Below, one piece after another: positions 30,079 to 43,441 of a DNA stretch of 64,000 bases. A model generated the notes under the pieces. The model was not told the origin of the DNA. It made no database searches and saw only the letters and a program-made list of their open reading frames with translations. The stretch lies in the IMG/VR virus record IMGVR_UViG_3300045125_000168, positions 172,431 to 236,430 of that record, one strand, 5' to 3'. A program made the translations under genes and the position numbers. The stretch's first letter is position 1. Each line of letters starts with the position of its first letter.

Positions 30079-30545
30079 ATGTTTTTGAAAAGGCTTGCGA
30101 TGAAAATCATCGCTATGGATTTTGGAGCGTATCTCGACCCACTCACGAAGCATAGCCTTATCAATGCACCCCTTTGTCCGACTATGTAAAAAATTTAACG
30201 CCCGATCAATTTGCCAAAGACTCGTATGCCGAAAAGGTATCGAGATATCCTAAAAATAAGAAAACCAAGCATAAGGGAGACTCGTACATTATATACGAGG
30301 CGGGCCAAAGAGATCCCATGGACCCTTTTTCCAAGAAAAGTTTTGACCGACTGGTGGAAGAGACGGAAGGGCCGACAGAAAACTCTTTAGTGTCAACCTT
30401 GAGCTTCTTGAGCCCGTGGATAATCCATCCGAGCCTAGTGGTGAGAATCCATCGTATCCGCAAGCGGCTTTGTGGTGGCAAAAGGGTCTCTCTTAAGGAA
30501 TCGAACTTGACAGATGACAACTTAGCTTGTTCAATTAAAAATTGA
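30079..30545 (+). CDS. Hypothetical protein; frameshifted
   Basis: MFLKRLAMKIIAMDF... joins ORF 30174-30545. Confidence 0.45.
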
Positions 30546-30595
30546 TCCCAAAGATTTAATACTCGTTCTTTTCAGACCAAAAAAGGTTTAATGAT

Positions 30596-32113
30596 ATGTC
30601 GGGTTTTTTGTCTACTGGTGCTCTCCTTGAAGATACAGGCGCTCTCGTTGCTTCAGAAACACCGATTGTTCTGACGCCTCAAAGTGCGACGATTCTGCAT
30701 CTATCAGGTGAGGGTATTGTAGGCACCGATCAGGTCTTGCGCCTACCCGATGCAACAAAACTACAGCCTGGGGTCCGTTACACGTTGCCAACCGTTCCGG
30801 TGTGGCGGCTGAGGTCCAAAACAATTCCTCTGAGAGTTTTGCCAAGATTGAGCCTGGGATGCAGGCGGAGTTTCGTCTACTCGATGGGGATACCTCAGCG
30901 GGACTTTGGGATGCCTCTATTTTCCCTAGCGTCAAGGTGGGAATTGAAGACCTTAACCTTTCTCTTCTCAAGGGTGGAACTTGGTCCTGGTCGGAGGGGA
31001 AACTTTCCATTACAGCAGATGCGTTTGTCCAGATTCCTGGACTTCCGCTTTCAGTGAACCGGATTGCTAAGTTTCCAGATGTTGCCGCGACAGAGTACAC
31101 GCTGCTCGGTGATGTTTCGGGCTCTCTGAACAATAAATATGTGACTATCAAACGACCCAGTGGGTCGGGATATTACTTCTGGTTCAACGTCAATGGCCTG
31201 GGGTCGGACCCTGGACCTTTTACCTCTTTATCTGGCGTAGAAGTTCCGCTTTCGACAAACGCCAACCTCATAACGGTGTTGACCTCTCTGAAAAGTGCGA
31301 TCGAGGGATCTCAAGCCAACGCCTACTTTACAGTGACGCAAAATCCTTCGACTCTGACGATTGAAAATAAAGAGGCTGGTAAGATTATTCTCCCGAAGTA
31401 TCTGCAAATTTCTCTTGTTCTTTTCTTAACAGTGGACAGGATAGCATCGCTCTCCCTAGTGAAGGTTATGCAGCGTACACTAAGATTAGAAGAAGTGAGA
31501 ACATCGCAGTTTCTGGAACGCCTTTGACCGTTGAGATCGTCTCATCGCCTGAGTTGCTGGATGCGAGTGATGCTGATTTATGGATACTGGCTCAAAACAT
31601 CGGATCGAACAGAGTCCTGGTTGGCAATTCTTTTCGGTTAGTGGATGGTCAATCAGACGAACTTTTTCCGCAGGTGCTGCGAAAGGGAGTATTTTAGGTT
31701 CTGTTCAATATAACGATGGAAAGGATTTACTGAGTGGTGATACTTCTTTAGTTTGGAATCCCATACAGAAGACGCTTCGTTTAGGTGACCTTCATGTTAC
31801 CAGTTTGACGCCTACCCTTACGCTACTTGATAACCAGTCTACTCCCGTACAGATCGCAACATTTGATCCGTCCGCTTACAAAAACCTAGTCTTAGAATAC
31901 TCTTTGATCCGCAACGGCAAGCCTCAGATGGGGCAACTTTTGATTGTTCATGACGGAGTTACTGCATCGCTTGCGGATAATTTCGTCGCGATCAATTCTG
32001 TGGGGATTGAGTTTCTAGCAGGTATCGAAGGTTCCTCTCTAGTGCTTGCCTACCAATCGACCTCTACAGGTCATGACGCTACTCTTCGTTACTCCATGCG
32101 CTACTGGTCTTAA
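30596..32113 (+). CDS. Virion structural protein; three fragments
   Basis: C-terminal domain LEYSLIRNG...QMGQLLIV...L.Y.ST is homologous to the C-termini of the five downstream fibre paralogs. Confidence 0.6.
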
Positions 32114-32199
32114 AAAAGACCGCAAAAATCAGCAACTCCTAAGTCGCTTTTAGAACTGCGCTTCTAAAAACATTTACATTTTTTTTGGAGTTAAAACGC

Positions 32200-34427
32200 A
32201 TGAGTAAGAACGTCTTAAAACACAACGTACCCCTCCGCTTTGGCACCGCTTCCTCTGACCCAGCCCAGACAGAAAACGGCGTTATCTACTATAACACAAC
32301 AGACAACCTTTTCAAGGTTTATGAAAACTCCCAATGGGTGAAGCTCGCAAGCCGCACCTATGTTGACTCCGTGGCCGCAGGTTTCGACCCGAAAGAAAGC
32401 GTCGTCGCTTCTTCGACCGCTAACCTCGCAAGCCTTGCTTCCATCGGGTCCTCTTTGGACGGCGTTTCGCTTTCCAACGGTGACCGCGTTCTTTTGAAAG
32501 ACCAGTCCACTGCGTCTCAAAACGGTATCTACGTTTACACCAGTGGTTCCTTGGCTCGTTCTGTTGACTTCAACGATAGCACGGAAGTCAACGGTGGTGA
32601 GTATGTGTTCGTGAAGGGCGGTTCTCTTTGGGGTGCAACCGCTTGGGTTGTGACCAACGCTCCTGCCACCATCGGTGTTAGCGACATCGTTTTCACGCAG
32701 GTTGCTGGTGCAGGCAAGTCCTTGAACAGCGCCTACCTCACGGGCAACAGCATCTCCACTAGCGGTGGCAACAACGTCATCATCGCTGGTACGGAGAAAC
32801 TGCAAGTCACGGCAAGCAGCGGCGTGTCCATCACCAACGCTCTTACCGCAGGCGCTACGGTTTTGACCAGTGCTTCCGTTACCGGAGCTTTGAGCGTTGG
32901 CGCTGGTAAGTTGATCGTTGATAGCAACGGTAACCTCACCAAGATCAACAACGTCTCCTATAGCTTCCCTGCAACGCAAGCCTCTGGTTCCAACTACGTT
33001 CTCCGTAACGATGGCTCGGGCAACCTCACCTGGAACAGCCTGCGTCTCGATAACATGAACGACCTGCTCTTGACCAGCTTGTCTGATAAGCAAATCCTCC
33101 GTTATGACTCGGCTTCCTCTAAGTGGAAGAATGAGTCTGCTATTTCCTCGACCTCTGGCTCTGCTTCTGCGTCCAAAATCATCATGACCAACTCTAGCGG
33201 TCTGTTGGACACCTCCTTCCTGCAATACAACGTCAACCTCGGCAACAACATTCTTTCTGGTGTCGCAACCCCAGTGGCTTCTACTGACGGTGCGAACAAG
33301 GCTTACGTTGACGCCTTGACCCTCAACACTGTTTACGGTCAAGACCCCGATGGTAGCGGTGCAACCATCACCACCAACTCGACCGATGGTGACGTGATTA
33401 TCGCTGGTACGCAAAAGCTGCAAGTCACGGCTTCTGGCGGTTTGGACGTGACCAACTCCATGACCGTTGGTAGCAGCGCCTCGATCGCTCAGTCCTTGAG
33501 CGTGGCGGGTGCTAAATTTGTGGTTAGCTCCACGGGGACCTGACCAAGATCAACAACGTCTCCTACTCTTTCCCGTCCGCTCAAGCAAGCGGTGCTAACT
33601 ACGCTCTCGTGAACAACGGCAGCGGAACCTTGACCTGGAACACCTTGTCCCTGTCTGGGTTGAGCGACGTCGCCCTTGCAAGCCTTGCTGATAAGCAAAT
33701 CCTGCGTTATAGCTCCACTGCTGGTAAGTGGGTGAACGAAAGCCCGATCGGTTCTACCACTGGTATCGCCGATGCGAGCAAGATCATCATGACGGATGCC
33801 TCTGGCAAACTTGATAGCTCGTTCCTGCAATACAATGTCAACTTCGGTGGTAACATCCTTTCTGGTGTTGCAACCCCAGTTGCCTCTAACGATGCCGTCA
33901 ACAAAGCCTACCTTGATTCCATCGTGGCTAACGCTGTTGCTGGTGTAACTCTGCAAACCGTGTACGAGCAAGACACCAACGGTGGTGACGTTCTCATCAC
34001 CACGAACTCTGTGGACGGAAGCCTTGTCATCGCTGGTTCCGAAGCCCTGAAAGTTTCGGCTGCTGGTGGTTTCAAACTGGCTGATAGCTCCGACGCAACC
34101 AAGTTCGTCCAGTCTATCTACAAAGATAGCTTGGCTCTTTCCGTTGGCTCTAGCGTTCTTTCCGCTCTCACCTACCCTGCTGCATCCATCGGCGGGATGA
34201 TGGTTGAGTACCGTGTGAAAGAAGCTGCTTCGGGTCGCGTTCGCGTTGGTACACTCCTCGTAACCAGCACCAGTGCTGATGTCTCCGTTTCCGATACCTT
34301 CGTTGAAACTGCTGATTGCCGACTGTCGTGGTCCGGTGCCATCAACGCTGGAAACGTGGAATTGTCCTACACCAAGACATCTGACTCCGCAAGCATGAGC
34401 GTCGAAGTTAAGAAGTTCATGGCCTAA
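32200..34427 (+). CDS. Fibre-like virion protein, paralog 1 (no variable insert, internal duplication)
   Basis: LKHNVPLRFG..ENGVIYY..FKVYEN, DGV.L..GDRVLLKDQ..QNGIY, EVNGGEYVFVK; one indel near 33540; strong codon bias. Confidence 0.8.
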
Positions 34428-34438
34428 TTTTTGATTTA

Positions 34439-34474
34439 GATAGCATAAGGGTTTCGGCCCTTATGCTATCTTTC
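34439..34474 (+). terminator. Intrinsic terminator-like hairpin after paralog 1
   Basis: GATAGCATAAGGG-TTTCGG-CCCTTATGCTATC followed by TTT. Confidence 0.75.
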
Positions 34475-34535
34475 CGCCCCTCTTTTGCTCCTAGACCTCT
34501 TTATTAAAACAATAATCCCCTTAAGGAGTATAAAA

Positions 34536-37350
34536 GTGAGTGACATAAAACTTATTAAGCACGGTGTACCCGTGCGGTTCGGGAAGGCAGGCGAAGCCCC
34601 TCCTCTCCCGAAAATGGGATGATATACTACGACACCTCTGAAGAACTTTTCAAAGTTTATGAAAATAGTGGATGGCAGATCCTTTCCTCCCGCGACTATG
34701 CGGATTCCCGTGTTGCTGGTTTTGACATCAAAGAAAGCTGCGCAGCAGCGACGGTCGAAGGACTTACAGCCACCTATGCTAATGGCACCTCTGGCGTTGG
34801 CGCGACCCTCACGGGTGCTGGGGCGCTTCCCTCCATCGATGGTGTCAGCCTTGCTCTCAATGCTAGGGTTTTGGTCCGTGCGCAAGGTGATGCGGCTCAA
34901 AACGGTGTCTATAAAGTTACGGCTTTGAGCCCTTTTGTTCTCACTAGAGCCGTAGATTTTGATGATTCTACTGAAGTGAACGGTGGTGAGGTCGTTTTCA
35001 TCAAAGAAGGAACGACCTTCGGAAACTGTTCTTTTGTGTGCCTCAGTTCCTCCGTTACCTTCGGCACCACTGCCATCAGCTTCACGCAGATCAGTGGTAC
35101 CGCAAGAACCTTGCAACAATATTACGCCACAGGGAACCAGATCACGACTGGTGACTCCCGTGACGTTATCATCGAAGGCTCCGAAAAACTTGAAATCACT
35201 GCCTCTAACGGTATGGAGATTTCTGGTTCGTTGTCCGCAGGTGAGACGCTGCTTTCTAGCGCAAGCGTCACCAATGCTATGGACGCAGCCGCAGCAAAGT
35301 TCTCCATCAGCAATGCTGGTAACATCAAAAAGTTGAATAATGTTTCGGTCAGCTTCCCAACATCTGCTTCCCAAGAAAACTTTGCGCTCGTCAATGACGG
35401 TTCTGGCACACTCTCTTTCGGTAACCTAGCTGTTAGCAATCTGAATGATGTCGGCCTAGCTAGTCTAAGCAGTGGTGAATTTCTTGAATACGATGCTGCA
35501 ACTAATTCCTGGGTCAATGACAATCCTGCTACCACCGCTTCCGGCTCTACATCGGTTGACTATTTACGATTGCCACCTGGCATGAGTGAAGATCCCGCAA
35601 TTTATAATGGTTACGCATTCGGTCTGATAGGTGATGGCTTACTAGGAGGACAGCAGATTGGTGGTGTATCTGGTCCACTAACGCAAGCATTTTTTTTGGT
35701 TCAAACACCATACAACGCAAGTCCATTACCTACGGGAACTATCCAAGTTGAGCTTTATGCAACGTCCAGCCAAAATGGACAGCTATTACCCACAGGGTCT
35801 CCTCTTGCTGTTTCTAACACTTATGATGTGTCCCAAATTGTGCCTGGGTACGTGCGAAATGAAGCCTCTTTTACTTTTTCATCTCCCGCACTATTGTCTA
35901 GTGAAAACGTCTATGCATTGATGATTCGCAGTAACAACGTGGCACAGGAAAGTTGGCAAAGCCCTGGCGTTTTGCAAGATCATAACGACTTTTTATACAC
36001 GCCATACTTAGCTATTCAATACGATGGTATGAGTATGAGTCTAGTTACTATGCAAAGTAGGAACCTTTTTTTCAAGATTGTTTTGGGTGGCACTGTTTCT
36101 GACAGTCTTGTCACAACAGACACAAATGGAAAAATTGATAGTAGTTTTCTGCAATTTAGTGGCCTGAGTTTGGGTGGTCACGTCATCTCTGGCATTGCAA
36201 GCCCAAGCGTTTCGACTGACCTTGCGAACAAGGCTTATGTTGATAGCGTGAGCTTGCAGGCTCTTTATAATCAGGACACCGATGGTCTTGGTGCCATCAT
36301 CACGACCGATGCTTCGGACGGTGATCTTATCATCGAAGGAAGTGAGAAATTGCATATTACCGCTGATAGCGGTCTTGACCTCGCTCAGATCCTTTCGGTC
36401 TCCGGTTCCATGGTTGCTGGAAGCCTTGTTGCCGGAAACGGCAGCATGAGCGTCTCTGCTTCGGGAGACCTTGGGAAGATCAAGGGCGTGTCTTATGTCT
36501 TTCCCGCCAGTCAAGCCACGGGTAGCAACTATACCCTGGTGAATGACGGTTCTGGGAACCTTAGCTGGGGTCAGCTAAAAGTTTCCGAAATGAACGACGC
36601 CCTTGTTTCCACGGCTTCCAACCAAGAGATCATTCAATGGAATGGCTCTAACTGGGTGAACGTCAGCGCCGTGACCTCTGGTAGTTCTAGCCGTATGTTC
36701 ATGACAACACCGAACGGTCGTCTCGACACGGTGGCATTGCAGCATAATCTCGATTTCGGGGTAAATGTTTTATCTAACATTCTTGCCCCAGTTGCCAGTA
36801 CCGATGCTGTTCCTAAATATGTTGCTGACGATAAAGCTGCGGACTCTTCTTCCGGTACGGGTTCGGTCACTCTACAATTATCTTACGGTCAAGATGTAGA
36901 TGGTAGTGATGTTCTTATCACAACTAACTCCGTAGATGGAATCCTTGAAATTGCAGGTTCTGAGGCTTTCCTCGTCAGTGCTGGAAAAGGATTCTTGCTC
37001 GCCGATAACGCCGATGCTTCTAAGTTTTCTAAGGTGATTTACAAGCATGAACTCGCCCTTTCGGCAAATCAAAGCAACGTCGCTTTAGCCGATGTGACTT
37101 TCGATTCCACAGTTCATCAGGGATGTTTGATCGAATATCGTATCAAAGATGATACCTCGGGTGCCTCTCGTATCGGTCTTCTTCTTGTTTCGACAGATGG
37201 AACGAACACGACGATCTCCGATTCCTTTGCAGAAACGTCTCCTCTTGGTGTTTCCTGGTCTGTTGGCCTTGCAGATGGAGATGTCGAGGTTCGTTATACA
37301 ACGAACTCTACCTCCAAAAGATGTCTGCAAAAATAAAATATTTTGCTTAG
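34536..37350 (+). CDS. Fibre-like virion protein, paralog 2
   Basis: GTG start after AAGGAG; same N- and C-terminal modules as paralog 1; unique insert about 35520-36100; indels near both ends. Confidence 0.8.
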
Positions 37351-37357
37351 TGTCTGT

Positions 37358-37384
37358 GGGGTTCCCCTCAAGGGGAACCCTTTT
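37358..37384 (+). terminator. Intrinsic terminator after paralog 2
   Basis: GGGTTCCCC-TCAA-GGGGAACCC followed by TTTT. Confidence 0.75.
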
Positions 37385-37388
37385 AAAA

Positions 37389-37459
37389 GAAACTATAGAT
37401 ACCTTTCATACGATCATTTCAGTTAAAAACCCGATGAAAGGATTGCGATATGACCGATA
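37389..37459 (+). promoter_or_regulatory. Conserved 5' leader with a stem covering the RBS (copy 1)
   Basis: CCTTTCAT...ATGAAAGG inverted repeat includes AAAGGA; nearly identical to 40352-40422. Confidence 0.6.
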
Positions 37460-40309
37460 TTTTATTACTTAAGCACGATGTTCCCCTGCGTTTTGTTCAG
37501 TCTAGTGCGGCACCAGCATCACCAGAAAACGGGATGATCTATTACGATACGACCCTGAACCTCTTTAGGGTCTATGAAAACGGTCAATGGCAAGCCCTTT
37601 CGTCAAGGGACTATGCCAAAAATTCAGTCGCCAGTTTTGATGTCAAAGAAAGCTGCGAAGTTGCAACCATCGCAAGCATCACTGCGACTTACGATAACGG
37701 GTCTGCTGGGGTCGGTGCGACCCTAACAGGAGCAGGGGCTCTCGGCTCGATCGACGGTGTGAGCCTTTCCGTGGGCGACCGAGTTTTGGTGCGTTCCCAG
37801 GCTAATGCTGCGGAAAACGGTATCTACAAATTGACGGCAGCAAGCCCTTTTGTACTGACACGAGCCGTAGACTTTGATGACTCCATCAAAGTGAATGGTG
37901 GAGAGTTTGTCTTCGTTAAGAATGGCACAAATTACGGTAATTGTGCTTTTGTATGTATCAATTCCTCTGTGACCTTCGGTTCCACGGCCATCAACTTTAC
38001 ACAGATCAGCGGTACAGCAGCGACCCTGCAACAATATTATGCGACCGGAAACCAGATTAACACGAGTTCTGGACGTGACGTTATTATCCAAGGTTCTGAA
38101 AACTCGAAATCACGGCTTCTGATGGCATGGAAATTTCTGGGTCTTTATCTGCGGGTCAGACCGTTTTGTCTAGTGCTAGTGTGACCAACGCTATGGACGC
38201 AGCAGGTGCTAAATTCGAGATCAATGACGCTGGTAACATCAGAAAGCTAAATAACGTACCCGTCAGCTTCCCGATCTCTGCATCTCAAGCCAACTATGCT
38301 CTTGCGAACGATGGTTCGGGGACATTGAGCTTTAGCAATCTTTCTGTTGCCAACCTTAATGATGTTGACGTTAGTGGTGCAACATCAAATTCGATGCTCC
38401 GGTATGACTCGCTTTCTTCCAAATTTGTGATGAGCGATGCAATTCTCGCTGGTGGGATGGGTGCTCCAACAAATTCTTTGCTGCTAAACGGTCTCGAATC
38501 ATCGTTTGCGACTTCGAGTACGTTAGAAAATTACCCATACATGGTTTCCGGCGAAAATATAGCCCAAGGGATCTCGGGATATTATTCTGTCGGACATGCT
38601 ACAGGAGCGCGGTTTGAGGTAACATCATCAACTTCGATTTCAAGTATTGATCTGTGGTTGCATACTTTAGATCAAGGCCCTGGTCAATTTCGCATCGCTA
38701 TCTTTAATTTTAATCCTGTAAATAGAACAGTAGGTAGTGAAATTGCTACGACTGCTGTTTTTGGTCAAAGCACTATTTACTTGCCTTGGCCACAGTATAC
38801 TTATGATATCAAAGGGAACAGCAGCACTCCTTGGCCTGTTATTAACTTTTCTTTTACAACTCAACCTGTGTTGTCTCCAGGTTACTATGTTTTTGGTATT
38901 ATCATCGTTACTCAGCCTAACGCACCTATCGCTCTTGCAGGTATTTCAACAGGGTCTTTGATTGGTGAGACCTGGGAATCTGGTTTAGATGCCTCTAGCA
39001 ACGGTCTTGGTTCAGGGTATGTTGCGGCACGAATCAATCAAAGCGTGGCTGACACTTCGACTGTGAATGTCCTGATGAGGACTAATGTTGCTGGAAAGAT
39101 CGACAGCAGTTTTCTGCGAAACGTCAACCTCGGTGGCAACATTCTTTCGGGAGTGGCTAGTCCCTCTGTGTCTAGCGACCTAGCAAATAAGGCATACGTT
39201 GATAGCGTGAGCTTGCAGGCTCTTTATACTCAAGATGTTGACGGGCTTGGAGCAATCATCACCACCGATGCTTCGGACGGTGATCTTATCATCGCAGGTA
39301 GTGAGAAATTGCACATCACTTCCGATAGTGGGCTTGATTTATCGGAAATCCTTTCGGTGTCCGGCTCTATGGTTGCAGGAAGCCTGGTTGCCGGGAACGG
39401 TAGTATGAGCGTCTCTGCTTCGGGAGACCTTGGTAAAATCCAAGGTATTTCATACTCCTTCCCTGCAAGCCAAGCCCCTGGCAGCAACTATGCCTTGGTT
39501 AATGATGGCTCAGGGAACCTTAGCTGGGGTCAGCTAAAGTTTCTGAAATGAGCGATGCGCTCGTCTCCACGGCCTCCAACCAAGAGATCATCCAGTGGAA
39601 CGGTTCTAACTGGGTGAACGTCAGTGCGGTGACCTCTGGAAGCTCCAGCCGTATGCTGATGACCGATAGCAGCGGTCGTTTGGATACCTCGAACTTGCAA
39701 TACAACGTCGATTTTGGGGCGAATGTTTTATCTAGCATTCTCGCTCCAGTTGCCAGTACCGATGCTGTTCCTAAATATGTTGCTGACCAAAAAGCTGCGG
39801 ACTCATCTTCCGGTACAGGATCAGTCACCCTGCAATCATCATATAATCAAGATGTAGATGGTAGTGATGTTCTCATCACAACTAACTCCGTAGATGGAAT
39901 CCTTGAAATTGCAGGTTCGGAAGCACTCAAGATTAGTTCATCACAAGGCTTCTGCTTGCAGATAGTTCTGACACCACCAAATTTGTAAAAACTATCTATA
40001 AACATAGTCTTTCTCTTTCGGCAAGTCAGACCAACACGGCGTTGCCTGATCTTACTTTTTGACCCTTCGGTATATCAAGGTTGCTTAATCGAGTACCGCA
40101 TCAAGGACGACGATTCTGGTGCATCAAGACTCGGTACGCTCCTGGTTTCCTCCAACGGGACTTATACTGCGGCTTCTGACTCGTTCGCTGAAACATCGGA
40201 TCTCGGGGTGTCGTGGTCTGTTGCGCTCAATAGCGGGAATGTAGAAGTCCGTTACACAACGGATTCTACAACCAAGAAGATGTCCGCTCAAATTAAGTAT
40301 TTCGCCTAG
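37450..40309 (+). CDS. Fibre-like virion protein, paralog 3; several fragments
   Basis: MTDILLLKHDVPLRF...; unique insert about 38440-39060; ends KKMSAQIKYFA*. Confidence 0.8.
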
Positions 40310-40322
40310 AGGTATCTATAAA

Positions 40323-40345
40323 CAGGGGCTTTTTTGAAGCCCCTG
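40323..40345 (+). terminator. Hairpin after paralog 3
   Basis: CAGGGGCTT-TTTTG-AAGCCCCTG. Confidence 0.6.
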
Positions 40346-40351
40346 CACAAA

Positions 40352-40422
40352 GAAACTATTGATACCTTTCATACGATAATTTCAGTTAAAAACCCGATGA
40401 AAGGATTGCGATATGACCGATT
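40352..40422 (+). promoter_or_regulatory. Conserved 5' leader with a stem covering the RBS (copy 2)
   Basis: GATACCTTTCATACGAT..TTTCAGTTAAAAACCCGATGAAAGGATTGCGATATG, as upstream of paralog 3. Confidence 0.6.
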
Positions 40423-43373
40423 TTTTATTACTTAAGCACGATGTTCCCCTGCGTTTCGGCACATATAGCGAGGCACCACAGTCGCCTCAAAACGGGATGA
40501 TCTATTATGATACGACCCTAAACCTTTTCAGGGTCTATGAAAACGGTCAATGGCAAGCCCTTTCTTCAAGGGACTATGCAAAAAATTCGATCGCAAGTTT
40601 CGATGTCAAAGAAAGCTGCGAAGCTGCAACCACTACCAACCTTTCTGCGACCTACGCCAACGGCACCTCAGGTGTCGGTGCGACCCTAACGGGCGCGGGG
40701 GCTCTTCCTTCCCTCGATGGGGTGAACTTATCAGTTGGAAAAAGAGTTTTGCTTCTTGGGCAAACGGCAGCGAAAGAGAATGGTGTCTACACCGTCACTG
40801 CTCTCAACCCTTTTGTTTTAACCAGGGCCGTAGACTTCGACGAATCCGAAGAAGTGAATGGCGGTGAGTTCGTTTTTGTTAAAAACGGAACGAACTACGG
40901 AAATTGTGCATTCGTTTGTACAAACTCTGGGCCAGCGACCATCGGGACAACAGCGATTGTCTTTACTCAGATATCAGGTAATGCAAGAACACTTCAGCAG
41001 TATTATGCGACGGGCAACCAGATTGATACCGCTTCAGGAAGAAATGTTATCATTGCTGGAACAGAAAAATTAGAAGTCACCAGTTCTGGAGGTGTGGAAA
41101 TCACCGGAGCGTTGTCAGCGGGCGCAACAATTCTATCGACAGCATCTGTTCCTGAAGTGATGAGTGTGGCGAGCGGCAAGTTGGCAGTCAACTTGAATGG
41201 TGACATTACAAAATTAAATAATGTTGCAATTACTTTCCCATCTTCAGCCTCGATGGCAAACTATGCACTCACCAACAATGGTTCGGGTAGTCTGCGTTTC
41301 AGTAATTTATCCGTTCAAAACATGAATGATGTAACACTAACATCATTATCGAATGGCGATTATCTTCAATATACAACTAATGGAAATTGGTTAAATAAAT
41401 TTGCTCTTGAAACCGGGAACCGAAATGTTGTCGTAGCCACATCGTCCTCAATACCAATCGGTGTTAATAGTGCTTGGGCTGGTGACAACGCGATACTTGA
41501 CAATATTAACAACGCCAACTTTGTTCAATGTCAATCCATCTCGAACGCCTCTTGGTTATCTTGAATCGATTGATTATTGGATACAAAGACTCGGCAATTT
41601 TACGTCTTCTGGGACTATTCATGCGTGTATCATGGAATATCTAGGTGGTGGATCTAGTGTTTTAACCAACTTTGTTCCACCAAGCCAACTTTTGACCCCA
41701 CCCCCAAAATAGAAAATGCACTAGCTGTCAGTGCTCCTTTTGATGTTACAACTATCCCATCAGGATATTCAAGTAACCCTTTCGAGGTATAGATTTTATT
41801 TTACAGGTGCCAATCAAATCCAGTTAAATCCTGCTAAGACTTATCTTATCTGGCTTATAAAGTCCACAGGACTTGAATATGTCGCGGATCTATATAATGG
41901 AAATACATTTTCCGTTCACTACACATTGCTTTCCGACAATCCATACGCAAATGGGAAAATGATTACTTTCGCTTTTCAGAGACAGTATGACTATACGATT
42001 TCGAGTGCAATCTGGTTTGATCCCGCTCGCATAGGGGCGGGGACGACCACTTATCCGAATTATGATATTAAAATGCAAGTCAATACACTGTCGGCTACTA
42101 AGAACTCCGTAATGTATTCAGGTGTCTTCAAAACTAATGCCGCGGGTCTTTTAGATAATTTCTTCCTCGAATCAAATCTCAATTTGAAGAACAATGTTAT
42201 TTCTGGAATTTCCAATCCATCGGTCTCAACAGATCTTGCTAATAAAGCCTATGTTGATGCAGCAGTTACTCTTCAATCCCTTTACAACCAAGATCCTGAT
42301 GGTTCCGGTGCGACTATCACGACAACTACCACAGATGGTGCGCTCATTATCGGAGGAACGGAAAGGTTACAGGTCACCGCGTCCAGTGGTGTTTCTGTCA
42401 GCCAAATTCTTTTGGTATCTAGCTCAATGACGACAGGAACCTTGACCGTTGGCAACGGTGGTTTGGTCGTGTCCTCTGCGGGAACACTTACAAATATAAA
42501 AGGTGTTTCGTACAACTTCCCAGCAACCGATGCTGCTAGTGCCAATTTAGTTCTTTTCAATGATGAAGCTCGGGAAATTTAAGTTGGAGCGATCCTCAGC
42601 TTGCAAAGTCTGCTGTGATGACGAGCTTATCTAATGGTGACGTACTCGTTTACAACGGGACGAGCACTAAATTTGTGAATAAAGCACCAGTTACCAGCGG
42701 AACAGCAAGAACCCCTCTGAGGTCTGACGCCTTGGGTTTTGTTTCTTCCTCGGCACTCCAGTATAACGTCAATTTTGGAACCAACATTCTCTCCAGCCTC
42801 AGTTCGGCTGTTCAAAGTAGTGACGTGGTAACGAAGGCTCAGGTTGATGGACAAACGATCGATCCTAGTGCAGGTATCGGTTCGCTGACGCTGAAAGTTC
42901 TATACGACCAAGACACTGAGTTCACACCGAATGTCGTTATAACTACATCCTCTAGTATGGGTGCGCTTGAAATCGCAGGAAGCGAAGACTTTAAAGTCTC
43001 GTCGAATCAAGGGTTTTTACTAGCCTCCAGCGTTTCTGACGACAAGTTCACGAAATCTATATACAAACATGGCCTGACGTTATCTGCAAATCAAACCGAT
43101 ACCAGCGCTTTCAGCCCTTACCTTCAGTGCTTCATCCTATAAGGGCTGCGTCATAGAGTACCGTATTAAGGACACAGATGGCGTTTCCAGAGTCGGGACC
43201 ATTCTGGTGTCAGCGGATGGTAGTACAGACGTTGACCTGTCTGATAGCTTTGTTGAGACATCACCTCTTGGTCTCACTTGGGATGCTGTAGTGTCGGGGA
43301 CAAACGTAGAAATTCATTATACAACCAATTCTCGGCAAAAACCATGAGCGCGGTCATCAAGTATTTCATGTGA
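40413..43373 (+). CDS. Fibre-like virion protein, paralog 4; several fragments
   Basis: Same scaffold modules; unique AT-richer insert about 41400-42110; ends MSAVIKYFM*. Confidence 0.8.
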
Positions 43374-43393
43374 AGGGATTGATGGCTACTATT

Positions 43394-43441
43394 GGATACC
43401 TTTCATATTACACTAAAATGCTGAAAGGATTTGCATATATG
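43394..43441 (+). promoter_or_regulatory. Diverged copy of the RBS-covering leader
   Basis: GATACCTTTCA-tattacactaaaatgc-TGAAAGGAT: the stem is kept while the loop differs. Confidence 0.55.

Noticed and set aside
32215-35374. Long antisense ORFs (32215-33423, 34466-35374; also 14855-15427 and 16401-17297)
   Set aside because: They are shadows of strongly codon-biased genes on the other strand and show no recognisable motifs.
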